Below, piece after piece: positions 1 through 9,398 of a stretch of DNA of 64,000 nucleotides; positions within the stretch are counted from its first letter, which is position 1; the number at the start of each line of letters is the position of its first letter. Source of the DNA: Gammaproteobacteria bacterium. GTDB lineage: Bacteria > Pseudomonadota > Gammaproteobacteria > JABABF01. Where the stretch lies: positions 1,248,001 through 1,312,000 of the forward strand of contig OZ250153.1 of the NCBI GenBank assembly GCA_965237805.1, given 5' to 3'. Position numbers and translations under genes: made by a program. Below the pieces are notes generated by a model. That model made no database searches. It had not been told where the DNA came from and saw only the letters and a list, made by a program, of their open reading frames with translations.

Positions 1-102
1 CAAGCTTTGGACATCTTTAAATGGCACCCGTGCGCAATAGCCACATACCCACGATTTGCAGTGCGCCCATGGTGTTGCCGTCGGTCAAACTGATAGTCGC
101 CC

Positions 103-267
103 TCAGCTAAAAAGCTCGCCACTCTTCGCCCGATCCAGCAGCAGCTGGGGCGGTTCGAAGTCCCCCGCGCCGTAGCGTTCGGCCAGTTCGCGGCAACGCG
201 CCAGGCTGGCCTCGAGTCCCCGGTAATTGAAAAACTGAAATACCCCGCCAGTGTGCGCTGGAAAGCC
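103..267 (-). pseudogene. Orphan 3' fragment of fadB (last 54 codons plus stop, no start)
   Basis: Translates to GFPAHTGGVFQFFNYRGLEASLARCRELAERYGAGDFEPPQLLLDRAKSGELFS*. It is 49/53 aa identical to the FadB C-terminus at 7119-7280, but only about 78% identical in nucleotides (hand alignment). Confidence 0.93.
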
Positions 268-533
268 GGGGAGGGGTGGCTAGTGATTAGTTTGGCGGCA
301 ACAGCGACTGGTGGCATGTGGGGTGGGCTTGGCAGGTGGGTGGTGTGCGCCGATGGCTGCTACTGATTGATCGTGTCAGTGCTGGCTCGGGTAAAGAGCC
401 GCCGATCGGGGTTAGGTGCTATCAGCTGGAGTGACAGCTTACCAGTGCGACTGCGCCACTTGACATGCTAAGCGGTGTGGGTGAACTGGCAGAGCTGGTC
501 GCCCACCATTTGCGAAGAGCCTACAGCGCTGGC

Positions 534-3500
534 TTAGTTGCCGCTGTGTGCCTCAATGCGCAAGATGATAGCCGTCTCTTGGTGGCGTAAGCCCGGGGAG
601 CCGGCCACCACGACATTTGGGAAAGTGCCGTCCTTGATTAACTGGCGAATGGGGTCGCTAAAGCCCAGTGCGCGGAAGATCATCAAAGCATCCGTTTGGT
701 TGACCACACCGTTGAGATCCACATCCATCTCCATAAATCCAGAGGCGTGGACTGCCACAGCCACCCCTGAGGAGCAGTTATTGGAGGTGCTGGATTCGCT
801 GCTTAGTGCATCGACACAAGCTCCCACATAGTAAGCCGTGCCAGCAGTTACCGAAGAGGGCACAGAGCAGGTTTGGGATTCTGCGCTGGTGCCACCAGCA
901 GATGTGCTCGCCACAGAATCCGTGCACAGCTCGGTATCAGCCGTCGCAATGGTCGTATCCGTCGACCATCGATAGCGCATGGTGGTCGAGCCCGCCGTTG
1001 CTGTTCCCGAATTCCGTGCTGTGGCAGAAATCGTGATCGACTGCCCCGGATCCACTATGGTATCGCTGACAGACACGTCATCATCTACCGTCCAGTCGGG
1101 GGCGTTGACTGTCACAGCCATCCCGGAAGAGCAGTTATTGGAGGTGCTGGATTCGTCGCTTAGTGTATCGACACAAGCTCCCACATAGTAAGTTGTGCCA
1201 GCAGTTACCGAAGAGGGCACAGAGCAGGTTTGGGATTCTAGGCTGGTGCCACCAGCTGGTGCGCTCGACACAGAATCCGTGCACAGCTCGGTATCAGCCG
1301 TCGCAATGGTCGCATCCGTCGACCATAGATAGCGCATGGTGGTCGAGCCTGCCGTTGCCGTGCCCGAATTCCGTGCTGTGGCAGAAATCGTGATCGACTG
1401 CCCTGGATCCACTGTGTTATCAGTGACAGAGACAGTGTCTACCGTCCAGTCGGGGGCGTTGACTGTCACAGCCACTCCGGAAGAGCAGTTATTGGAGGTG
1501 CTGGATTCGCTGCTTAGCGTATCGACACAAGCTCCCACATAGTAAGTTGTGCCAGCAGTTAGCGAAGAGGGCACAGAGCAGGTTTGGGATTCTGCGCTGG
1601 TGCCACCAGCAGATGTGCTCGACACAGAATCTGTGCACAGCTCGGTATCACTCGCCGTAATGCTCGAATTCGTCGACCATAGATAGCGCATGGTGGTCGA
1701 GCCTGCCGTTGCTGTTCCAGAATTCCGTGCTGTGGCAGAAATCGTGATCGACTGCCCCTTATCCACTGTGGTATCGCTGACCGAGACACTGTCTACCGTC
1801 CAGTCGGGGGCGGAGTTGATCGTCACAGCCACCCCGGAAGAGCAGTTATTGGAGGTGCTGGATTCGCTGCTTAGCGTATCGACACAAGCTCCCACATAGT
1901 AAGTTGTGCCAGCAGTTACCGAAGAGGGCACAGAGCAGGTTTGGGATTCTGCGCTGGTGCCACCAGCAGATCTGCTCGGCACATTATCCGTACACAGCTC
2001 TTCATCACTCGTCGTAATGGACGCATTCGTCGACCATAGATAGCGCATGGTGGTCGAGCCTGCCGTTGCTGTTCCCGAATTCCGTGCTGTGGCAGAAATC
2101 GTGATCGACTGCCCTGGATCCACTGTGTTATCAGTGACAGAGACAGTGTCTACCGTCCAGTCGGGGGCGTTGACTGTCACAGCCACTCCGGAAGAGCAGT
2201 TATTGGAGGTGCTGGATTCACCGCTTACCGCATCGACACAAGCTCCCACATAGTAAGTTGTGCCAGCAGTTACCAAAGAGGGCACAGAGCAGGTTTGGGA
2301 TTCTGCGCTGGTGCTGCCAGCAGATCTGCTCGACACATCATCCGTACACAGCTCTTCATCACTCGTCGTAATGGACGCATCCGTCGACCATAGATAGCGC
2401 ATGGTGGTCGAGCCTGCCGTTGCTGTTCCAGAATTCCGTGCTGTGGCAGAAATCGTGATCGACTGCCCCTTATCCACTGTGGTATCGCTGACCGAGACAC
2501 TGTCTACCGTCCAGTCGGGGGCGGAGTTGATCGTCACAGCCACCCCGGAAGAGCAGTTATTGGAGGTGCTGGATTCGCTGCTTAGTGTATCGACACAAGC
2601 TCCCACATAGTAAGTTCTGCCAGCAGTTAGCGAAGAGGGCACAGAGCAGCTTTGGGATTCTGCGCTGGTGCCACCAGCAGATCTGCTCGGCACATTATCC
2701 GTACACAGCTCTTCATCACTCGTCGTAATGGACGCATTCGTCGACCATAGATAGCGCATGGTGGTCGAGCCTGCCGTTGCTGTTCCCGAATTCCGTGCTG
2801 TGGCAGAAATCGTGATCGACTGCCCCGGGTCCACTGTGTTATCGCTGACAGACACGTTATTATCTACTGTCCAGTCGGGGGCGGTAGTGCTCGCGTTGAC
2901 CGTCACGGCCACTCCCGAGGAGCAGTTATTGGAGGTGCTGGATTCGCTGCTTAGTGTATCGACACAAGCTCCCACATAGTAAGTTCTGCCAGCAGTTACC
3001 GAAGAGGGCACAGAGCAGGTTTGGGATTCTGCGCTGGTGCTGCCAGCAGATCTGCTCGACACATCATCCGTACACAGCTCTTCATCACTCGTCGTAATGG
3101 ACGCATCCGTCGACCATAGATAGCGCATGGTGGTCGAGCCTGCCGTTGCTGTTCCAGAATTCCGTGCTGTGGCAGAAATCGTGATCGACTGCCCCGGGTC
3201 CACTGTGTTATCGCTGACAGACACGTTATTATCTACTGTCCAGTCTGGGGCGGTAGTGCTCGCGTTGACTATCGAGTCATACAAATAGTTGATGGGGTCT
3301 ATGTTAGTAGGAGAAACAGTTGCGCCAGCCCCGCCTGATCCCACTACAGCACTCCCTGCCCGCACTTCAACATGTACATGCTCACCTGTGACACCCGCTT
3401 TACCCTGTGTCCCCAACTGGGTGCCCACAGAGACTGCATTGCCTACAGATACCGCTATCGAATTGGCGTGTAAATACAGCACCGTCCGATCATCAGTTGC

Positions 3501-6500
3501 ATTGTAAACTGCCACCTCACTATATGATTGACTCCCGGCTGCGACCACTTGTCCAGCTGTCAGAGAATAAAATGCTCTGTTATTATCGTTTGTGTAGTCA
3601 AAGTCGATCCCTGAATGCCCGCCATAATAGCCCGATGTTTGGGAGCTGGTAGGCGAGCAATCGCTAGGGTCTGGGCAGTGGCCGTAGCCATTGTAGTCAT
3701 GCGCTGTATTACTGGCTACAGCAGCCTTAGCTATGTTATACAAAGTGGCTTTGATCGTTTGTTGCTTGATGGGATCCTCAATCGTCACCGTCAGTATCTC
3801 GCAGTTGTTGTCTGTGGTCGTTTCTCCAGTGGCCGTCCCCACACAGGCACGAACATAACTTGACCCAGCTTGTAGTGAAGAGGGCAGTCGGCAATCCTTG
3901 TGTAATTCTATGGAGCCAGACACCGATAGGCTCGCAAGAGCGTCGGTGCATAGGCCAGTGCTAACAAAAGTAGCACCGTCGGCAAGCGGGGTAAATACTG
4001 TTTCAGAAACGTCTTCGTCAACACCGTAGAAGGCGATCGTTTGGGCATCAGCTTGTGCCGACCCTATATTCTCCACCGTCAGCCTTATGGAGATATCTTG
4101 ACCTGGTGCCAACTCAGAGTCACGGCCATTATTGATGTCCTCTATCTTGAGGTATAAATCAGGAGCGTTACTATTGCCACTCGCATTGACCGTCACGGCC
4201 ACTCCCGAGGAGCAGTTATTGGAGGTGCTGGATTCGCTGCTTAGTGTATCGACACAAGCTCCCACATAGTAAGTTCTGCCAGCAGTTAGCGAAGAGGGCA
4301 CAGAGCAGCTTTGGGATTCTGCGCTGGTGCCACCAGCAGATCTGCTCGGCACATTATCCGTACACAGCTCTTCATCACTCGTCGTAATGGACGCATTCGT
4401 CGACCATAGATAGCGCATGGTGGTCGAGCCTGCCGTTGCTGTTCCCGAATTCCGTGCTGTGGCAGAAATCGTGATCGACTGCCCCGGGTCCACTGTGTTA
4501 TCGCTGACAGACACGTTATTATCTACTGTCCAGTCGGGGGCGGTAGTGCTCGCGTTGACCGTCACGGCCACTCCCGAGGAGCAGTTATTGGAGGTGCTGG
4601 ATTCGCTGCTTAGTGTATCGACACAAGCTCCCACATAGTAAGTTCTGCCAGCAGTTACCGAAGAGGGCACAGAGCAGGTTTGGGATTCTGCGCTGGTGCT
4701 GCCAGCAGATCTGCTCGACACATCATCCGTACACAGCTCTTCATCACTCGTCGTAATGGACGCATCCGTCGACCATAGATAGCGCATGGTGGTCGAGCCT
4801 GCCGTTGCTGTTCCAGAATTCCGTGCTGTGGCAGAAATCGTGATCGACTGCCCCGGGTCCACTGTGTTATCGCTGACAGACACGTTATTATCTACTGTCC
4901 AGTCTGGGGCGGTAGTGCTCGCGTTGACTATCGAGTCATACAAATAGTTGATGGGGTCTATGTTAGTAGGAGAAACAGTTGCGCCAGCCCCGCCTGATCC
5001 CACTACAGCACTCCCTGCCCGCACTTCAACATGTACATGCTCACCTGTGACACCCGCTTTACCCTGTGTCCCCAACTGGGTGCCCACAGAGACTGCATTG
5101 CCTACAGATACCGCTATCGAATTGGCGTGTAAATACAGCACCGTCCGATCATCAGTTGCATTGTAAACTGCCACCTCACTATATGATTGACTCCCGGCTG
5201 CGACCACTTGTCCAGCTGTCAGAGAATAAAATGCTCTGTTATTATCGTTTGTGTAGTCAAAGTCGATCCCTGAATGCCCGCCATAATAGCCCGATGTTTG
5301 GGAGCTGGTAGGCGAGCAATCGCTAGGGTCTGGGCAGTGGCCGTAGCCATTGTAGTCATGCGCTGTATTACTGGCTACAGCAGCCTTAGCTATGTTATAC
5401 AAAGTGGCTTTGATCGTTTGTTGCTTGATGGGATCCTCAATCGTCACCGTCAGTATCTCGCAGTTGTTGTCTGTGGTCGTTTCTCCAGTGGCCGTCCCCA
5501 CACAGGCACGAACATAACTTGACCCAGCTTGTAGTGAAGAGGGCAGTCGGCAATCCTTGTGTAATTCTATGGAGCCAGACACCGATAGGCTCGCAAGAGC
5601 GTCGGTGCATAGGCCAGTGCTAACAAAAGTAGCACCGTCGGCAAGCGGGGTAAATACTGTTTCAGAAACGTCTTCGTCAACACCGTAGAAGGCGATCGTT
5701 TGGGCATCAGCTTGTGCCGACCCTATATTCTCCACCGTCAGCCTTATGGAGATATCTTGACCTGGTGCCAACTCAGAGTCACGGCCATTATTGATGTCCT
5801 CTATCTTGAGGTATAAATCAGGAGCGTTACTATTGCCACTCGCATTGACCGTCACGGCCACTCCCGAGGAGCAGTTATTGGAGGTGCTGGATTCGCTGCT
5901 TAGTGTATCGACACAAGCTCCCACATAGTAAGTTCTGCCAGCAGTTAGCGAAGAGGGCACAGAGCAGCTTTGGGATTCTGCGCTGGTGCCACCAGCAGAT
6001 CTGCTCGGCACATTATCCGTACACAGCTCTTCATCACTCGTCGTAATGGACGCATTCGTCGACCATAGATAGCGCATGGTGGTCGAGCCTGCCGTTGCTG
6101 TTCCCGAATTCCGTGCTGTGGCAGAAATCGTGATCGACTGCCCCGGGTCCACTGTGTTATCGCTGACAGACACGTTATTATCTACTGTCCAGTCGGGGGC
6201 GGTAGTGCTCGCGTTGACCGTCACGGCCACTCCCGAGGAGCAGTTATTGGAGGTGCTGGATTCGCTGCTTAGTGTATCGACACAAGCTCCCACATAGTAA
6301 GTTCTGCCAGCAGTTACCGAAGAGGGCACAGAGCAGGTTTGGGATTCTGCGCTGGTGCTGCCAGCAGATCTGCTCGACACATCATCCGTACACAGCTCTT
6401 CATCACTCGTCGTAATGGACGCATCCGTCGACCATAGATAGCGCATGGTGGTCGAGCCTGCCGTTGCTGTTCCAGAATTCCGTGCTGTGGCAGAAATCGT

Positions 6501-6938
6501 GATCGACTGCCCCGGGTCCACTGTGTTATCGCTGACAGACACGTTATTATCTACTGTCCAGTCTGGGGCGGTTGATGTGATTTTTTCGATATATGCCACA
6601 CCATTGATGAAGTATCCAGCAGACCAGCCTGCTGCATTGCTATCCCATGAAATATAGTACCAGCCATATGTTGCGCCTAAAGAATAATAACTGCCGCCAC
6701 TAGTAGTAATAGAGCCTTTTTCATTCAGACCTACGCTCCCCGTCTTCCCATAAGAAGTCCCAGGCCCACTGCGAATATTGAGGCCGCTTGGGTTTATCAC
6801 CTTCACGCGATCCCCTACAGCAAGACCCAACTGCCCTTGTTGCGCCACAGCATGCGCGGGCATCTGCAATACCATGCCCAGCAATAAACCTACTGCTAAC
6901 TTAGCATAAACATTTATAAGAAGGGGAGGGGGGGACAT
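534..6938 (-). CDS. Giant secreted repeat protein: signal peptide, bacterial SH3, 13 CARDB-like Ig domains, two M23 peptidase domains, C-terminal dockerin/EF-hand-like motif
   Basis: The 2150-aa ORF is open from TTG 6986; ATG 6938 gives a signal peptide ending AHA. Motifs: SH3b-like LNIRSGPGTSY...WYYI...GW; CARDB-like APDWTVD...GQSITISATARNSG...YYVGACVD...NNCS x11 plus 2 divergent copies; M23 HSGID...YLH...HVH twice; DVDLNGVVNQTDAL near the C-terminus. Confidence 0.88.
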   Translation of the reverse strand: MSPPPLLINVYAKLAVGLLLGMVLQMPAHAVAQQGQLGLAVGDRVKVINPSGLNIRSGPGTSYGKTGSVGLNEKGSITTSGGSYYSLGATYGWYYISWDSNAAGWSAGYFINGVAYIEKITSTAPDWTVDNNVSVSDNTVDPGQSITISATARNSGTATAGSTTMRYLWSTDASITTSDEELCTDDVSSRSAGSTSAESQTCSVPSSVTAGRTYYVGACVDTLSSESSTSNNCSSGVAVTVNASTTAPDWTVDNNVSVSDNTVDPGQSITISATARNSGTATAGSTTMRYLWSTNASITTSDEELCTDNVPSRSAGGTSAESQSCSVPSSLTAGRTYYVGACVDTLSSESSTSNNCSSGVAVTVNASGNSNAPDLYLKIEDINNGRDSELAPGQDISIRLTVENIGSAQADAQTIAFYGVDEDVSETVFTPLADGATFVSTGLCTDALASLSVSGSIELHKDCRLPSSLQAGSSYVRACVGTATGETTTDNNCEILTVTIEDPIKQQTIKATLYNIAKAAVASNTAHDYNGYGHCPDPSDCSPTSSQTSGYYGGHSGIDFDYTNDNNRAFYSLTAGQVVAAGSQSYSEVAVYNATDDRTVLYLHANSIAVSVGNAVSVGTQLGTQGKAGVTGEHVHVEVRAGSAVVGSGGAGATVSPTNIDPINYLYDSIVNASTTAPDWTVDNNVSVSDNTVDPGQSITISATARNSGTATAGSTTMRYLWSTDASITTSDEELCTDDVSSRSAGSTSAESQTCSVPSSVTAGRTYYVGACVDTLSSESSTSNNCSSGVAVTVNASTTAPDWTVDNNVSVSDNTVDPGQSITISATARNSGTATAGSTTMRYLWSTNASITTSDEELCTDNVPSRSAGGTSAESQSCSVPSSLTAGRTYYVGACVDTLSSESSTSNNCSSGVAVTVNASGNSNAPDLYLKIEDINNGRDSELAPGQDISIRLTVENIGSAQADAQTIAFYGVDEDVSETVFTPLADGATFVSTGLCTDALASLSVSGSIELHKDCRLPSSLQAGSSYVRACVGTATGETTTDNNCEILTVTIEDPIKQQTIKATLYNIAKAAVASNTAHDYNGYGHCPDPSDCSPTSSQTSGYYGGHSGIDFDYTNDNNRAFYSLTAGQVVAAGSQSYSEVAVYNATDDRTVLYLHANSIAVSVGNAVSVGTQLGTQGKAGVTGEHVHVEVRAGSAVVGSGGAGATVSPTNIDPINYLYDSIVNASTTAPDWTVDNNVSVSDNTVDPGQSITISATARNSGTATAGSTTMRYLWSTDASITTSDEELCTDDVSSRSAGSTSAESQTCSVPSSVTAGRTYYVGACVDTLSSESSTSNNCSSGVAVTVNASTTAPDWTVDNNVSVSDNTVDPGQSITISATARNSGTATAGSTTMRYLWSTNASITTSDEELCTDNVPSRSAGGTSAESQSCSVPSSLTAGRTYYVGACVDTLSSESSTSNNCSSGVAVTINSAPDWTVDSVSVSDTTVDKGQSITISATARNSGTATAGSTTMRYLWSTDASITTSDEELCTDDVSSRSAGSTSAESQTCSVPSLVTAGTTYYVGACVDAVSGESSTSNNCSSGVAVTVNAPDWTVDTVSVTDNTVDPGQSITISATARNSGTATAGSTTMRYLWSTNASITTSDEELCTDNVPSRSAGGTSAESQTCSVPSSVTAGTTYYVGACVDTLSSESSTSNNCSSGVAVTINSAPDWTVDSVSVSDTTVDKGQSITISATARNSGTATAGSTTMRYLWSTNSSITASDTELCTDSVSSTSAGGTSAESQTCSVPSSLTAGTTYYVGACVDTLSSESSTSNNCSSGVAVTVNAPDWTVDTVSVTDNTVDPGQSITISATARNSGTATAGSTTMRYLWSTDATIATADTELCTDSVSSAPAGGTSLESQTCSVPSSVTAGTTYYVGACVDTLSDESSTSNNCSSGMAVTVNAPDWTVDDDVSVSDTIVDPGQSITISATARNSGTATAGSTTMRYRWSTDTTIATADTELCTDSVASTSAGGTSAESQTCSVPSSVTAGTAYYVGACVDALSSESSTSNNCSSGVAVAVHASGFMEMDVDLNGVVNQTDALMIFRALGFSDPIRQLIKDGTFPNVVVAGSPGLRHQETAIILRIEAHSGN
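745..6572 (-). repeat. Intragenic array of 11 near-identical ~354-369 bp CARDB-type coding repeats
   Basis: The core atggtggtcgagcc...gtggcagaaatcgtgatcgactgccc recurs at ~979, 1336, 1690, 2047, 2401, 2758, 3127, 4417, 4786, 6076 and 6445. Confidence 0.95.
2551..6572. repeat. Apparently exact tandem duplication, period 1659 bp (~2.4 copies)
   Basis: 2551-4913 matches 4210-6572 wherever checked. Identical shadow ORFs are offset by 1659 (3289/4948, 3407/5066, 3615/5274, 2758/4417/6076). Confidence 0.93.
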
Positions 6939-7047
6939 ATTGAGTCTCGTTATTGTTGGAAAATGTAACATGGGCTTTTGTGGCAACTGGATGACTGAAG
7001 ATATCCTAGTGGAGGTTTAACGACTGCCAAGATACAGCAGAAATCGT

Positions 7048-7076
7048 ATGGTAGCCACTCAAATTATCGCCGTCAA
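7048..7076 (-). promoter_or_regulatory. Putative sigma70 promoter for the giant gene
   Basis: Minus strand TTGACG (7071-7076), 17-nt spacer, TACCAT (7048-7053). Confidence 0.6.
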
Positions 7077-7118
7077 CCCTTGCCTAGGTGCCCCTTAGAC
7101 AGTGCCCCATACCACTCC

Positions 7119-9305
7119 TCAAACAAAAGCTTCCCCTGATTTTGCCCGATCCACCAGCAGCTGTGGCGGCTCAAAATCCGCACCGTAGCGCTCGGCCAGC
7201 TCGCGGCAGCGAGCCAAGCTGGCCTCCAGCCCCTTGTAGTTGAAGAACTGGAACACCCCACCAGTGTGTGCCGGGAAGCCGATGCCCATGATCGAGCCGA
7301 TGTTGCCGTCGGGCACACTCGTGATGATGCCCTCCTCCATCGCCCGCAAGGCCTCGACCCCCTCGGCGAACAGCATGCGGTCTTGGACATCCTCCAACGA
7401 TATGTTCCGCCCCGGGCCGTCTGCATACAGCTCTTTGAGTTTGGGCCACAGATATTTGTTGCCATCCTCAGGGTATTCGTAGAAGCCGCTGCCAAAGACC
7501 TTGCCCCGGCGGTCGAACTCTTCCACCATGCGTTTGCACAGGCGCATCGAGGCGTCTAGCAGGGGTTTGCCCTGTGCATCGGCATCCTTGACCGCATCCC
7601 CGGAGGCCTTCACCGCGGTGTCTAGGCTGATCTCGTCCATCAGCGTCAGCGGGCCGACAGGGTAGCCGGCGAAGCTCGCGGCATTTTCGATCAGCACCGG
7701 CGGTACGCCCTCGGTCACCATCGCCAGCCCTTGCCCTATCAGCTTGCCGAAGACACGGCTGGTAAAGAAACCGATGCCGTCGTTGACGACGATGGGTGTT
7801 TTGCCCATCTGCCGCCCGAGGTCAAAGGTGCGCGCCAGCGTCTCTTCGCTGGTGAGCTTGCCGCAGATGATCTCCACTAGGGGCATGCGCTCGGCCGGGG
7901 AGAAGAAGTGCATGCCGATGAAGTTGGCGGGTCGTTGCACCGCCTCGGCTAGTTCGGTGATCGGCAATGCCGAAGTGTTGGAAGTGAACAGCGCGTCCTT
8001 GTCCCGCAATACGGCTTCGGTCTCCGAGTTCACCTCAGCCTTCACGGCGCGATCTTCGAACACCGCCTCGATGATGGCATCGCAATCGGCCAAGTCGCCG
8101 AGCTCCCCAGTGGGCTGGATGTGCGCCAAGATCTCGGCGGTCTGCTGCTCGTCGATGCGGCGGTTCTTCTCGCAGGATTTGCGCACATAATCGAGGCCGC
8201 GCTCGGCGGTCGCTTGGTCGACATCCTTGAGCACCACATTGATGCCGCCGCGGGCTGCGGCCATCGCCAGCCCCGCTCCCATCTGCCCGGCACCGAGCAG
8301 GCCGAGGCGCTGCACCTTACGCTTGGCCACTCCTTTGGGTCGGCTGAGCCCGCTGTTGACGGCGTTCATCTGCACGAAGAAGGCCGTCATCATGTTGCGC
8401 GCCACCGGATCCAGCAGCAGCTTCAAGAAGTAGCGCGATTCGATCGCCGAGGCGGTGTCGAAATCCGTGACCCGTGCGGTGTCGCAGACGGCTGCAAATA
8501 TGGCCTGCTGTGCCGGCATGTTGCCGTGCGTCTGGTTCATGACATTGATCGGGCCAAAGAACATCAGCCCCTGCAAGCCTTGATCCTCCGCTGCATCTTT
8601 GGGCGCGCCGCCGGGGATGCGAAAACCCTTCTTGTCCCACGGCTGCACCGGCTCCGGTTCAGATAACAGCCAGACGCGTGCCGCCTTGCGCATCTCCTCT
8701 TCGCTGGCGGCCAGCTCGTCCACCAGCCCCTTGGCCAGCGCCTTGTTCGCTTTGAGGCGCTTGCCGGTGCTGATCAGCGTGATCGCCTCCTGCATCCCCA
8801 GCATACGCGTCAGGCGCACGATGCCTCCCGCCCCGGGCAACAGGCCCAATTGCGATTCTGGTAGGCCGACTTGCACCGAGGGATGATCCAGCGCAAAACG
8901 GCGGTGACAGGCGAGGCAGATCTCGTAGCCGCCGCCCAGCGCCGCCCCGTTGATGCCCACTGCCACCGGTACGCCCATCGTCTCCAGCTGGCGGAAAGGG
9001 CGTTTGGCTGCCATCATCGCCTCGAATAGCTGTCCCCGCTCTTCGGCGGACTGATTCAGCGGCATTGTCAACATCTCCTTGACATCGCCGCCGGCGAAGA
9101 ACTGCCCCGGCTTGGCGCTGCTCAGATAGATGCCCTTGATATTGTCCTTATCGGCTTCCAGCTCGGCGATGGCCGCTTTGAACGCCTTGTCAAAGGCGGT
9201 GCCCATGACATTGACTTTTTTGTCGGGCTGGTCGAAGACCATCTCGACGATGCCCTCGGCATCCTTTTCGAGGCGAATGTAGTTGCCGCCATTTCCCTGA
9301 GTCAT
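7119..9305 (-). CDS. fadB: Fatty-acid oxidation multifunctional enzyme alpha subunit (enoyl-CoA hydratase / 3-hydroxyacyl-CoA dehydrogenase)
   Basis: Crotonase motifs GGGYEI and GLPESQLG; HAD motifs GAGQMG, SNTS and HFFSP; next to a thiolase. Start set at ATG 9305 after AAGGGA. Confidence 0.92.
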   Translation of the reverse strand: MTQGNGGNYIRLEKDAEGIVEMVFDQPDKKVNVMGTAFDKAFKAAIAELEADKDNIKGIYLSSAKPGQFFAGGDVKEMLTMPLNQSAEERGQLFEAMMAAKRPFRQLETMGVPVAVGINGAALGGGYEICLACHRRFALDHPSVQVGLPESQLGLLPGAGGIVRLTRMLGMQEAITLISTGKRLKANKALAKGLVDELAASEEEMRKAARVWLLSEPEPVQPWDKKGFRIPGGAPKDAAEDQGLQGLMFFGPINVMNQTHGNMPAQQAIFAAVCDTARVTDFDTASAIESRYFLKLLLDPVARNMMTAFFVQMNAVNSGLSRPKGVAKRKVQRLGLLGAGQMGAGLAMAAARGGINVVLKDVDQATAERGLDYVRKSCEKNRRIDEQQTAEILAHIQPTGELGDLADCDAIIEAVFEDRAVKAEVNSETEAVLRDKDALFTSNTSALPITELAEAVQRPANFIGMHFFSPAERMPLVEIICGKLTSEETLARTFDLGRQMGKTPIVVNDGIGFFTSRVFGKLIGQGLAMVTEGVPPVLIENAASFAGYPVGPLTLMDEISLDTAVKASGDAVKDADAQGKPLLDASMRLCKRMVEEFDRRGKVFGSGFYEYPEDGNKYLWPKLKELYADGPGRNISLEDVQDRMLFAEGVEALRAMEEGIITSVPDGNIGSIMGIGFPAHTGGVFQFFNYKGLEASLARCRELAERYGADFEPPQLLVDRAKSGEAFV

Positions 9306-9398
9306 GATGTTCCCTTGATTTGCAGCTAGTGTTTGTTGACTGCGCACTGTGACTGTGCGCTGACGCGAGGCCAGCGTGTGGCACAGTGCGCGGTTGCT

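Larger units (their letters stand above)
170..7190. mobile_element. Integrase-free genomic islet inserted in the fadB 3' end
   Basis: Bounded by direct, diverged copies of the fadB 3' end with a shared core ccgtagcg at 170-177 and 7183-7190. It holds a single cargo gene with visibly lower GC than the flanks and no recombinase ORF. Confidence 0.65.

Noticed and set aside
745-6572. Possible diversity-generating retroelement TR/VR pairs among the repeats
   Set aside because: Differences are not adenine-restricted, all copies are in-frame coding, and there is no reverse transcriptase.
538-6657. Recurrent plus-strand ORFs (MVVEPAVAVPEF...)
   Set aside because: These are antisense shadows of the repeat gene and recur only because the DNA repeats.
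9342-9391. 10-bp inverted repeat between fadA and fadB
   Set aside because: No U-tract; probably an ordinary intercistronic stem-loop.
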